Positions 28,757 through 37,467 of a stretch of 59,253 nucleotides of DNA are shown here, in pieces. This stretch comes from a virus (Duplodnaviria; Caudoviricetes), in IMG/VR virus record IMGVR_UViG_3300025889_000131, positions 1 through 59,253 of that record, one strand, 5' to 3'. Position 1 is the first letter of the stretch; each line of letters starts with the position of its first letter. Under the pieces are notes generated by a model. The model did not search any database. It was not told the DNA's origin and saw only the letters and a program-made list of their open reading frames with translations. A program made the translations under genes and the position numbers.

Positions 28757-29245
28757 CTAATTAGAGTCTTCTGATGGTTGGTCGGTAGGCACATTACCAT
28801 TTTTAATCATCTGTTGCAATTCTTTAGTAGAACCTACAAACAGTGCATTAGTAACAGTTTTAGCATTTCCATCAGATTTATTCTCACCGACAGTCATACC
28901 AGATAGTTCATTAGACTGTTTCTTCAAATCAAGTAGATCTTTGTTACTTTCAACAAGAATTTTAATCAACTGACCAATAACTTCAAAGGCACGTGGATGT
29001 TGACTGATTTGTGCAATTCCAATAAGACTGTCAAGGGCACCCGCTCCTTGATCGATGATCATTTTTAGATTTTGTCTAGCGTATGCATAATCTTCTCTGA
29101 TTTCTTTATCTGGTGCTGGAGTATTTGTTTGTGGAGGAAGTACTTCTTGTTTTTTGTCTTCATTAAGAATTTCTATAAGAGCATCGGCACCTTTGATGTT
29201 GAAAATCTTATCTAGATTCTGTTCCATATTTGATTTTGCGGCCAT
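28757..29245 (-). CDS. gp16: Terminase small subunit gp16
   Basis: DY.YAR.NL, HPRAFEV..QLIK, TNALFVGST.ELQ. Confidence 0.95.
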   Translation of the reverse strand: MAAKSNMEQNLDKIFNIKGADALIEILNEDKKQEVLPPQTNTPAPDKEIREDYAYARQNLKMIIDQGAGALDSLIGIAQISQHPRAFEVIGQLIKILVESNKDLLDLKKQSNELSGMTVGENKSDGNAKTVTNALFVGSTKELQQMIKNGNVPTDQPSEDSN

Positions 29246-30090
29246 TATGTGTCACTCCCAGTTTCAGGATTATATTTCAATCCATCAGTGAAGAAAAATA
29301 GATCATCCGCAAATCCATAATCACTATTAGCAGAAATTTGTGAGATCGCAATAGATGCAGATGAATTGGTTGTTGGTGCTCCATTCGCAAGCAATCCAGG
29401 AGTTGCAATAATACGAGAATTGCGAGCACTTCCAACAATATTATTAGCATGAAAGTCAATTTGTGCTCTCTTAATAGTCTTTCCTGTAGTAACAGGTCCA
29501 AATACATATCCGCGAATTGTAAAGTTTAGATTCCAAATTAATGATCGTCTTGTAATAAAATCACCTTCATACGTGTCTTCAATATTGATGTCATTAAGAA
29601 TAATTGGTGTATCAAATGTAAGACTCATTTCAGGAATCATTCTTACAGCCGTTGTAAATTCTGGACGAAAGTAAGGAATGATCTGTTCTACAATTTGTGC
29701 AGCATCATCAGCGTTTTTGGTAAAAATAGACAAAACAATCTGAATGTCATAGGGAACTGGAACATATTGTGTTTTCAAAATTCCAGTATCGGAACTAGAA
29801 ATCGTTTTATTCTTGAGAGTACTTGAAAGCTTTCTTCGCCCATCATATGTCATTCCAGTAATCTCAAATCCAATTCTTGGAACCTGAACCATTACATCCT
29901 TTTCCAGATTTGGATCTGCTCCAATGCGTGCTAAGAATGACTCTTTTGGTCCATAAGCTATAGGAACAGAAATAGACTGAACGCGGTTTCCACTGCTGTC
30001 TAATCTCTGCACTACGATATCATTGAAAAGATTTCCAAATGCAATGATGTATTTGCGAATACTCTGATGATAAAACTGATCTCCAAACAT
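29245..30090 (-). CDS. gp15: Tail sheath stabiliser/terminator gp15
   Basis: MFG..FYH..IRKY...FG.LFN, VP.AYGPK, QI.EQI.PYF.P. Confidence 0.95.
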   Translation of the reverse strand: MFGDQFYHQSIRKYIIAFGNLFNDIVVQRLDSSGNRVQSISVPIAYGPKESFLARIGADPNLEKDVMVQVPRIGFEITGMTYDGRRKLSSTLKNKTISSSDTGILKTQYVPVPYDIQIVLSIFTKNADDAAQIVEQIIPYFRPEFTTAVRMIPEMSLTFDTPIILNDINIEDTYEGDFITRRSLIWNLNFTIRGYVFGPVTTGKTIKRAQIDFHANNIVGSARNSRIIATPGLLANGAPTTNSSASIAISQISANSDYGFADDLFFFTDGLKYNPETGSDT

Positions 30091-30941
30091 TAGTATCTAT
30101 CCCTTTCAGAGAATGGATTCTGTTCACTGAAATCAATAATATTGTCAGCTTCAGTTTGGAAGAATTCGTTGTTAGCAGATGCATCTGTATCTTCAATTCT
30201 GTATTCCTGAATAATAGAGTCTCCATCTTCAGCAAGAAGCTGATCACCTTCTTCCGTAAGCAATTCGTAAACCAAAATATCATTGCTGTAGGTTGTATCA
30301 ATAGCATCAATTTCTGTGTTTCCAGTTGCAAAATCTTCGCTGCTGTATTTGAACAATTCACAACGAAGTTCATACATTTGCACGCGCCCAAGTTGATAAA
30401 ACGGAATTTCGTGTTCAACGTGTTTAATTTCGAAGATCTTACCATTTAATGGGAAGTAAATAAGATCACCCTCAAGTGGTCTTTCAGAACTTATAGAGTA
30501 ATCGTCGTATCCTTCAAGTACAAATGAAGCAGTATTGCCACTTCCAGAAGAAATAAATTGTCTACTTGGAGTAGTTGTACTTCCACTTTCAAGTATTAGA
30601 TTGAAACCACTCTCTGTCATAAGTTTCTCAGAACGAATCTGCTCAAATCTTTTCTTTGCAATGACCAATGTCATTTCATCTCGAATTTCTAAATTGAATC
30701 GAGATAGAAAATCACCCTCTCCCTCAAATCCTTCTACGTTTTTCACATATACTTCAAGGGCGGCTGCAACATTGAATGTAGATAGTGTGTCTTCTCCAAA
30801 TAGATTATCCTCACGAACAAGAGTACGAGGCAGATACTTAGCATCAATACCATGACTCTTAATAGATTCAATCACGAGATCTTCTATAAGATCCTGTTCT
30901 CTTGAATATGTTGAATGAGGAAAAAATGGATTTACTGACAC
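30090..30941 (-). CDS. gp14: Neck protein gp14
   Basis: NPFF, EQ.L.EDL..ESI...G, YLPR, P.EGDLIYFP, FEI..VEHE.PFYQLG, DFSE.NPF. Confidence 0.93.
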   Translation of the reverse strand: MSVNPFFPHSTYSREQDLIEDLVIESIKSHGIDAKYLPRTLVREDNLFGEDTLSTFNVAAALEVYVKNVEGFEGEGDFLSRFNLEIRDEMTLVIAKKRFEQIRSEKLMTESGFNLILESGSTTTPSRQFISSGSGNTASFVLEGYDDYSISSERPLEGDLIYFPLNGKIFEIKHVEHEIPFYQLGRVQMYELRCELFKYSSEDFATGNTEIDAIDTTYSNDILVYELLTEEGDQLLAEDGDSIIQEYRIEDTDASANNEFFQTEADNIIDFSEQNPFSERDRY

Positions 30942-30946
30942 TACAC

Positions 30947-31693
30947 TTAGCCAATCATGTCAGCTACTGGAAGTGAGTAGCTGTTAATCATTTCTTCTTC
31001 AAGCTTATTGATTTCTTCCTTGGCATCTTCAAGAATCTGACGACCATTAAATGTAACACCACCTGGAAGTTGTAGACCCTCAAACTTGCTTAGGTTTTCG
31101 CCCCATTGTTTTTTCATTAGAGCAGTTGCATATCTTTTCAACCACCAATCATCCCACACATCCGTATATACATTAGGATCAACAATTTGATAAGCATCAA
31201 TAATGATATAATCTCCAGTGGTGATTTTATCCCAGTCCATATCAATATGAAGACGATCTACTTTACGATTCCATCTGACAATCTGCTCACCGGTAAGTAA
31301 TTCCTGGAGCATATCAATATGTCTCATAGCTAAATAGTATGGCACCATACTTGTATTTGAGAAATCGAAGAAATCATTAAGTTGAATTTGATATCTTACA
31401 GAAAAAAGTGAAGATGATGCAGTAGTACCGCTATCAAATATTGGAAGTATATGCTGAATACCGATAATGCTCTCATCGGTTGTGATATACTTATTTGTTT
31501 TATCTGCTGCTGTAACTTGGTGACGAATAAGTACACGTTGTGTCCCATCATGGTGGTAATCATGATAATAATCCAATGCTTCATCTACACGATCATCAAC
31601 CTGATCATCAGAAATATTGATATCTAACACCGGATATCCGAGTTTTCTCAGACAATAGTCTTTAAATTCTTGTTTGGTTGTTGGACGAGCCAT
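30947..31693 (-). CDS. gp13: Neck protein gp13
   Basis: YCLR.LG.PV..IN...DQ..DR.DEA, W.K.YATA..K.QWG.NL.KF. Confidence 0.95.
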   Translation of the reverse strand: MARPTTKQEFKDYCLRKLGYPVLDINISDDQVDDRVDEALDYYHDYHHDGTQRVLIRHQVTAADKTNKYITTDESIIGIQHILPIFDSGTTASSSLFSVRYQIQLNDFFDFSNTSMVPYYLAMRHIDMLQELLTGEQIVRWNRKVDRLHIDMDWDKITTGDYIIIDAYQIVDPNVYTDVWDDWWLKRYATALMKKQWGENLSKFEGLQLPGGVTFNGRQILEDAKEEINKLEEEMINSYSLPVADMIG

Positions 31694-31715
31694 GGAGTAT
31701 TCCTCTGTTTATTTT

Positions 31716-31723
31716 TATTTATA
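31716..31723 (-). promoter_or_regulatory. Late promoter TATAAATA upstream of gp13
   Basis: Exact match, intergenic. Confidence 0.88.
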
Positions 31724-31739
31724 AGCAGAGGATTTACTC

Positions 31740-31871
31740 TTAAAATATAGCGCCGACAATTCCTGCAATAAAGATAGCCGCAAATGCTGCAATGATAACC
31801 TGCTTTGGCCATGGCTGAGCAAGATACCAATCCCGTGCTATACCATAGTACTCTTTAGTTTTATTACTCAT
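31740..31871 (-). CDS. Small single-TM membrane protein (43 aa; not in ORF track)
   Basis: MSNKTKEYYGIARDWYLAQPWPKQVIIAAFAAIFIAGIVGAIF; starts 5 nt after the upstream stop and fills the gap. Confidence 0.65.
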   Translation of the reverse strand: MSNKTKEYYGIARDWYLAQPWPKQVIIAAFAAIFIAGIVGAIF

Positions 31872-31876
31872 TATTC

Positions 31877-32509
31877 TTATCCTATCTGGTTGTTTGGCCA
31901 GCCACCAGAAACATTGATTGTTTCTACGGCAGACACCGTGTTTGCATTGTTGATTTGATCTTTTAGATCATGAGAATGACGAATACAATTAGCTCCATAT
32001 GCATACGCCGACACAAATAACGAAATTACTTCCTGATCATTAAATGGTACCTTTGTATTATCTTTACTTCTCCAATAACCCCCATGAGCATTTGCAATCC
32101 CGGAAGAAATTACAGAAAGCGTGTCTGACATATTTTTACGACCACCGTTTCCCAATTGAAAAGCATTGTTTTCATGATAAACGTCACCGTTTATTCTCAT
32201 AGAAAGTTCTGCTGCAACTTCTGTTTTTTTCTTTTCTTTTAATCTTGAAATTACAGTATCACTTGGAAGATTTTGTACTTCCCATTGCTGAATCCAAGCA
32301 CCATTTTGTTTAATTGGTGTAACTTCTACAACCTTCTGATCTGTATTTGCGGACGGTTTAGAAGTTTTGCTGTACTTGATATATTGCCCAATTTGATATT
32401 GATAAGGAAGATTTATTGGAAACGAAACATTAGGAAAAAGCTTACGAACATTAACTTCGTTAAGACTAAATTCTTCTACTGTATTATCTTCTGCAAGTTT
32501 AAGAAACAT
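31877..32509 (-). CDS. Tail fibre-associated protein (DUF4376-like C-terminus)
   Basis: LFPNVSFP, W.Q.W.V, W...DN...., LK..I..A.T...V..I...W; follows the adhesin gene. Confidence 0.6.
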   Translation of the reverse strand: MFLKLAEDNTVEEFSLNEVNVRKLFPNVSFPINLPYQYQIGQYIKYSKTSKPSANTDQKVVEVTPIKQNGAWIQQWEVQNLPSDTVISRLKEKKKTEVAAELSMRINGDVYHENNAFQLGNGGRKNMSDTLSVISSGIANAHGGYWRSKDNTKVPFNDQEVISLFVSAYAYGANCIRHSHDLKDQINNANTVSAVETINVSGGWPNNQIG

Positions 32510-32535
32510 CTTTTATTCCTTCTTTTTCCTATTTA

Positions 32536-34554
32536 TTATCCACTTTTCGGGAAAGATCTGTCCGGCGGCGTGAAAGCTGCAGTATATCGCTGAACCCCAG
32601 CAGTAAGCCGAAAATCCTCAATACGCCCGTCAATTGAATTTGCATCACCAAGTATAATTTGTGCGGATACACCAGGAAACACATTTCCAATATATGTATC
32701 TGCTGAAGTCCCATTCATCCATAGTGTTGATGTTGTTCCGTCATAAGTCACAGCAACATGTATCCACGTGCCAGTGCTTAATGCACCTGATCCATTCAAC
32801 CTAACACCTGATCCAAATTGCTGAATTTGGAGGTCGGCGTTTGAACCTCCGGCGCCACCACCACCTTCGATTGCGCCATAAGTTATTCCACCACTAATGT
32901 ACCGAAAGAATCGTGCTTCGTTAGCTAACGAATCTAAGTATGTCCAGAACTCAACAGTGTACGCAGGACCTAAACCTAATAATTCAGTTGCTGGTGTTGC
33001 AGCAGTGTCACTGGTTCCATCTAGCTCAATAGATGCGCCCGCAAATTTTACAACACCAGTGTCCGTTTGTGTATTACCGGTCAGAGTAATGTTGTGCTTT
33101 GCAGAAGCATCATAAATACCAGCATTGGTGAAGTTTACGAGTAGTTTAGTGTCTGTGACTGCTGTAGGCGGGGCTGTCGGAGGAGTAAAGCTACCTGTAC
33201 CTGTCGTTAAAGCTGTTCCTACTATTAAACGAACACTGCTGATATATCCCTGAAACGGGTCAGCGCCACCATCACCAATTAGAACTGGCTCTGTGGTGTT
33301 ATGTAATGATCCAAGAACAACGCCATCTTCGTGAACTCCGTTTATATAAATCCGATGTGTTGTGCCGTCGTAGGTTACTCGTATGTGTGTCCAAGCATTT
33401 AGAATAGGCGTGCTCGTCCCATCTATAGTTGTCTGAGCAAGGCCATCTGTTGACAGAGCAACATACCAGCCCGCGGGGCGTTGTCTGACTTCAAAACTTC
33501 TTTGATTGGTGGCTGCATTATGATGAGAATAAACGGTGTGAGAGGCGGCGCCATTGCCGCCCTGCGCTGTTGGATATACCCAAGCATCGAACGTGTAATC
33601 TGTATTTTGTGTGAAATCCGCATTGTCTGCGATTGATAGATAATCACCAGTCCCATCAAAGTAACCAGAACCACCGTGATCAGCAGCAGTCCAAGGAACT
33701 GTTGAGGGGAAAAGAGAGTGTGGCACGAGTGCGCAATTCGATCCGCTGAATGCTACAGTTTGATCTTGTCCACTGTTGTCTATTAAACGGTTGTCTTGGA
33801 GCGTTAGTAACTGAGTATTAGTGACTGCAGTTAGCGGAGCCGTTGGTGGAGTAAAACCAGTTGTGTAAACAGTTGAGCCAATCACCACTCTAAAGTCAGA
33901 GAAAAAACTAGGGTCGCAGTTACCACTTGAGTTGGAGTTGGCACCAAGCACTAGGTTTGCAGAGCTTGCGTGAACCGTGACACCGACCCTGGTCGCGTTC
34001 ACACCTTCAACGCCATTAATGAATAGCAGGAAGTCATCACCGCTTCTGCAAACAGCAACGTGGTTCCATTCTTTTAGGACTAAACTTTCGGTGGAGGCGG
34101 TGTTAATTGACCAGGTACTTCCGTTAACTGAGACTAACAAAGACGGTGTTAGTCCCGCTGACGCGAAGTAAACCAGCACGCCACTGACGACGCCGCCATT
34201 TAATCGCTTAGAGAGTAAACCGTCGCCTACTTTATAGTCTTCGGTGGGAAAAACCCAAAATTCAAACGTAAATTCACTAGAACTAACGTCTAAACTGGCA
34301 TCATGTGTAACGCTAAGAAAACCAGAGGTGTCTTTGTATAGGGACCAACCATTAGGACTGAACGGGCTAAAAGTTCCCTGCGTCGCATCGCCATTTGTTG
34401 TGATGGTATGATTAGAGGTGCTCTCATCGTCAAAAGATTGGTTCTGCTGCGCATCCACGTTCTGCTGGTTAAGTAGCAGAACCACCTTCTCCCAATATTC
34501 ATCAGTAAAAGTTGCGCCTGCTGGTTTAAGAGCAGCCATTGAAATTAAATCCAT
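32536..34554 (-). CDS. LamG/concanavalin-A-like lectin-domain adhesin (about three domains)
   Basis: Repeated FTFEFWV/YTFDAWV/YTVEFWT, W.H.AV, L.ING, F.PPTAP motifs. Confidence 0.8.
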   Translation of the reverse strand: MDLISMAALKPAGATFTDEYWEKVVLLLNQQNVDAQQNQSFDDESTSNHTITTNGDATQGTFSPFSPNGWSLYKDTSGFLSVTHDASLDVSSSEFTFEFWVFPTEDYKVGDGLLSKRLNGGVVSGVLVYFASAGLTPSLLVSVNGSTWSINTASTESLVLKEWNHVAVCRSGDDFLLFINGVEGVNATRVGVTVHASSANLVLGANSNSSGNCDPSFFSDFRVVIGSTVYTTGFTPPTAPLTAVTNTQLLTLQDNRLIDNSGQDQTVAFSGSNCALVPHSLFPSTVPWTAADHGGSGYFDGTGDYLSIADNADFTQNTDYTFDAWVYPTAQGGNGAASHTVYSHHNAATNQRSFEVRQRPAGWYVALSTDGLAQTTIDGTSTPILNAWTHIRVTYDGTTHRIYINGVHEDGVVLGSLHNTTEPVLIGDGGADPFQGYISSVRLIVGTALTTGTGSFTPPTAPPTAVTDTKLLVNFTNAGIYDASAKHNITLTGNTQTDTGVVKFAGASIELDGTSDTAATPATELLGLGPAYTVEFWTYLDSLANEARFFRYISGGITYGAIEGGGGAGGSNADLQIQQFGSGVRLNGSGALSTGTWIHVAVTYDGTTSTLWMNGTSADTYIGNVFPGVSAQIILGDANSIDGRIEDFRLTAGVQRYTAAFTPPDRSFPKSG

Positions 34555-34557
34555 AAC

Positions 34558-35349
34558 TTACCTACTGTCAATTGATGATTCAATTCCGCGCCAAACAGTT
34601 CCGTTATTTCTTGTAAGAAATACTAAGATATCTGTTTGACCTGATGTTAGTGTTGGCGCAGTTTGTGCAGCCCATTTAACATTCGTCGGCCAAGTAATAG
34701 TATGATCTCCTGCACCATCCATTTCAAGAATAAATCCGCATGCATTTCCAGAAACAGCTGAATTGGCAAAAGAATAAGTTACATCTGCATCAATAGTATG
34801 ATAGAAATAATTACCAGCATTCAAGTTAAGTGTAATAGAACCAGCAGTATTACCTAGATTTACTCCAGTAACTCCATGCCCCTTGAGCATTCCGTTTTCA
34901 ATTGCGTTGTTACCAAAGTTTACATCTCCAGTAAATGTTCCACCAGACAGAGGAATATATGTAGCAGAAGCATTTGCAACTTGAAGTCTATCTGCAATAG
35001 CAAGATTTGTATTTGCAAGATTACTTTGAATCCAAGAATTTGTATTTGCAAGATTACTTTGAATCCAAGAATTTGTATTAGAGAGAACTGATTGTAATTG
35101 TGTGTTAGTTGCAATACGAGCACCACCAACAGTAAATGTTCCAGTTACAGATGTATTTTGACCAGAAAATGTTGCATTTGCACTAACATTAGCAGTACCC
35201 TTTACGGAAAGAATTGAAAGAGTACCATGATTGAGACCTGTCGTATTGGCAAATAAACTAAGTTCATCTGCAAGCAAGTTATGATCAGTTCTCAACTGAC
35301 CGATTGTATTTGCTGTAGTTACTGTATTAAATTTTGATCCGACTGCCAT
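34558..35349 (-). CDS. Short fibre shaft protein B
   Basis: N-terminal NT...R...N anchor-like motif, 11-aa repeats, GGTFTG, C-terminal TWP..VKWA....PTL...DIL.F.T.N.GT domain. Confidence 0.7.
   Translation of the reverse strand: MAVGSKFNTVTTANTIGQLRTDHNLLADELSLFANTTGLNHGTLSILSVKGTANVSANATFSGQNTSVTGTFTVGGARIATNTQLQSVLSNTNSWIQSNLANTNSWIQSNLANTNLAIADRLQVANASATYIPLSGGTFTGDVNFGNNAIENGMLKGHGVTGVNLGNTAGSITLNLNAGNYFYHTIDADVTYSFANSAVSGNACGFILEMDGAGDHTITWPTNVKWAAQTAPTLTSGQTDILVFLTRNNGTVWRGIESSIDSR
35005..35079. repeat. Perfect 33-bp tandem repeat (2.3 copies) encoding SWIQSNLANTN
   Basis: atttgtatttgcaagattactttgaatccaaga at 35005 and 35038, partial copy at 35071. Confidence 0.92.
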
Positions 35350-35375
35350 TTCTTTTTCCTTAGTTTATTTATTTA

Positions 35376-36272
35376 TTAAGCGCGCCAATCTAAACCAAGA
35401 ATTCCTCCAGCGCCTGTTCCACCTGTTCCTGCACCTGATCCTGTTCCACCGCCACCGCCGCCGCCACCGCCGCCGGCAACAGAATTCTGTCCATCCAATT
35501 TTTTTCCGCCGCGTGTACCAAAGTTAATACCACCTGCTCCGCCACCGCCGCCGCCATAGAAATCTCCGGTTGGAGATCCACCATTAGCCTTAGCTACTGG
35601 AACAATACCTGTAGTATCAGATGGATTACCACTGGTTGCTGCAGATCCACCTGTTCCTGAACTATCCCCTGAACCATTACCACCAGGAGCCCCAGGCGTG
35701 GCCGGGCTGTTGTCACCATATCCACCTCCACCGCCGCCTCCATTTGGAGAAATACCAGGAGAACCTCCACCAAAGCGCCCACCTCCTGAGCCGCCATTTC
35801 CACCTGCTGTACCGTCACCTCCAGAACCACCAGCTCCACCTGTAATTAAATTAGTGTCAGAACCAGCATTCAAACGAAAGACGTCAGACGAAAGACTGTC
35901 TTGAATATAAGTATCTTCTCCTGCACCACCAACAACCATTGTATATTCTTCACCAGGAGTTACAGTAATATTAAATGCTTCTCCGAAATCAGAAAGAATA
36001 TGTTCGCCGCCACCACCGCCACCTCCACCGCCATTACTTACGGAGTTTGCAGAACCGGTTCCGCCGCCAGCAGAACCAAAGACATAAATTTTAGTTGTCT
36101 TAGATCCAGGTGTAAGTTTGTAGCTGCCAGGTTTTGTAAGAAGCAATGCATCGTCAATAAGGTCATATGTCCCATTATAATTTGTTCCACCAGATACACT
36201 GATAGGTTCAATCGCTACTTCATATGGACTGATAGCAGAGTTAACCCTGCGCATAACTCTACCAATTTGCAT
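35376..36272 (-). CDS. Glycine-rich adhesin-like protein
   Basis: Many poly-Gly tracts, as in phage glycine-rich receptor-binding tips; coupled to the upstream fibre gene. Confidence 0.7.
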   Translation of the reverse strand: MQIGRVMRRVNSAISPYEVAIEPISVSGGTNYNGTYDLIDDALLLTKPGSYKLTPGSKTTKIYVFGSAGGGTGSANSVSNGGGGGGGGGEHILSDFGEAFNITVTPGEEYTMVVGGAGEDTYIQDSLSSDVFRLNAGSDTNLITGGAGGSGGDGTAGGNGGSGGGRFGGGSPGISPNGGGGGGGYGDNSPATPGAPGGNGSGDSSGTGGSAATSGNPSDTTGIVPVAKANGGSPTGDFYGGGGGGAGGINFGTRGGKKLDGQNSVAGGGGGGGGGGTGSGAGTGGTGAGGILGLDWRA

Positions 36273-37246
36273 TAATAAAATTCCTGGCCAGACGGGAATC
36301 CGTAATAAGTTGTTCCACCATTACGAGTAAAGAAGGAAAGAAAATCAACAGCTTCGTTACGTGAAGACATTGTTGGAATTGAATTTCCTGCCCATTTTAC
36401 AGAAGAAGGCCATGTAATTTGACGTTCCGTTCCGTCACATGTAAAGATAAGAGTAAATGAAAATGCATTTGCTCCGGCTGGCGGATTGTTGAAGTTTACA
36501 GTATCAACAGTTGCAGTCAAATCAATTCCAAAGTTCTGTGCTGAACTTAAATCAAGTGTAATCGTATTGGATGAAATTGATGCTGTTGTATATGTCTCAC
36601 GATATGTCTTTGCTTTAACAAAATTATTGAATGTAGTATTACCATTGACAGTGTGTGTATCACCGGAAAGAACAGTATTAGAAGTAATAAGTGTATTTTT
36701 TGAACGGATAACTGTATTGGAACTATTCTTAAGTACTTCGAAATTACCCTTAACTACTGCTCTTCCTACAGTATGAAGTGCACCAGCAATATTTGTATTT
36801 GCACCACTTAGAGAAGTATTAGACAAAACATAAAATCTTCCGCCGCGAATATCAGTATTCGCACCTTGTAATTCAGTATTAGCTTTAAGATAAACATCAT
36901 TGCCAATAAAGTTAGTATTAGCACCGCGGAATGTTGTTTTCTTTACAAAGTTAGTATTGGCTCCATTAAACACAGTGTTGGAAACAACAAGTAATGTTCC
37001 TCCATCTATGTTAGTATTAGCACCATCCATGACAACAGTATTTGAGAATCGACTGTGAGCAGCTGTAACATATAAATTTGCCCCGCTTACACGTGTATTA
37101 CCAGTACCACTAAGATTTACTGAAGTAACAGATGGAATACCAGTTGTGTTCGCCATTTTATTGACAAATGAACTGATCAAATTGGTGTTAATGCGCCATG
37201 TATCAAATGTGTTTGTAATTGCTGTATTAGATAACTGTTGCGGCAT
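36272..37246 (-). CDS. Short fibre shaft protein A
   Basis: NTFDTWR..TN N-terminal motif, GANTN repeats, same C-terminal TWPSSVKWAG domain as 34558..35349. Confidence 0.7.
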   Translation of the reverse strand: MPQQLSNTAITNTFDTWRINTNLISSFVNKMANTTGIPSVTSVNLSGTGNTRVSGANLYVTAAHSRFSNTVVMDGANTNIDGGTLLVVSNTVFNGANTNFVKKTTFRGANTNFIGNDVYLKANTELQGANTDIRGGRFYVLSNTSLSGANTNIAGALHTVGRAVVKGNFEVLKNSSNTVIRSKNTLITSNTVLSGDTHTVNGNTTFNNFVKAKTYRETYTTASISSNTITLDLSSAQNFGIDLTATVDTVNFNNPPAGANAFSFTLIFTCDGTERQITWPSSVKWAGNSIPTMSSRNEAVDFLSFFTRNGGTTYYGFPSGQEFY

Positions 37247-37467
37247 TAGTTAGTTCCTATATTTGCGATATGCTCAAGAATTTTCTCTGTTCTTTCAAGC
37301 GTTCTTTCAAGTCTTTCCATTCGTTCATGAAGATCATCAATTTTTTCAGACTGTTTACGTCGAGCTCTATAGGCTCTAAGACCATCGCTGTCTACATTTA
37401 ATAGAGCACCCGTTGTTTTATCTTTAACGAGATCTTCTCTTCCAACAATTTTCTCTTTGTTTTCCAT
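37246..37467 (-). CDS. Small coiled-coil virion-associated protein
   Basis: L.KD..TGA.LN.D....AY plus a coiled coil; coupled to the large virion gene. Confidence 0.7.
   Translation of the reverse strand: MENKEKIVGREDLVKDKTTGALLNVDSDGLRAYRARRKQSEKIDDLHERMERLERTLERTEKILEHIANIGTN

Noticed and set aside
31648-31830. Cys-rich 60-aa ORF resembling a zinc finger
   Set aside because: Overlaps the gp13 start and late promoter; the 43-aa TM ORF in another frame fits the gap better
35005-35079. 33-bp repeats as a CRISPR array
   Set aside because: Head-to-tail with no spacers, in frame within a CDS, and no cas genes
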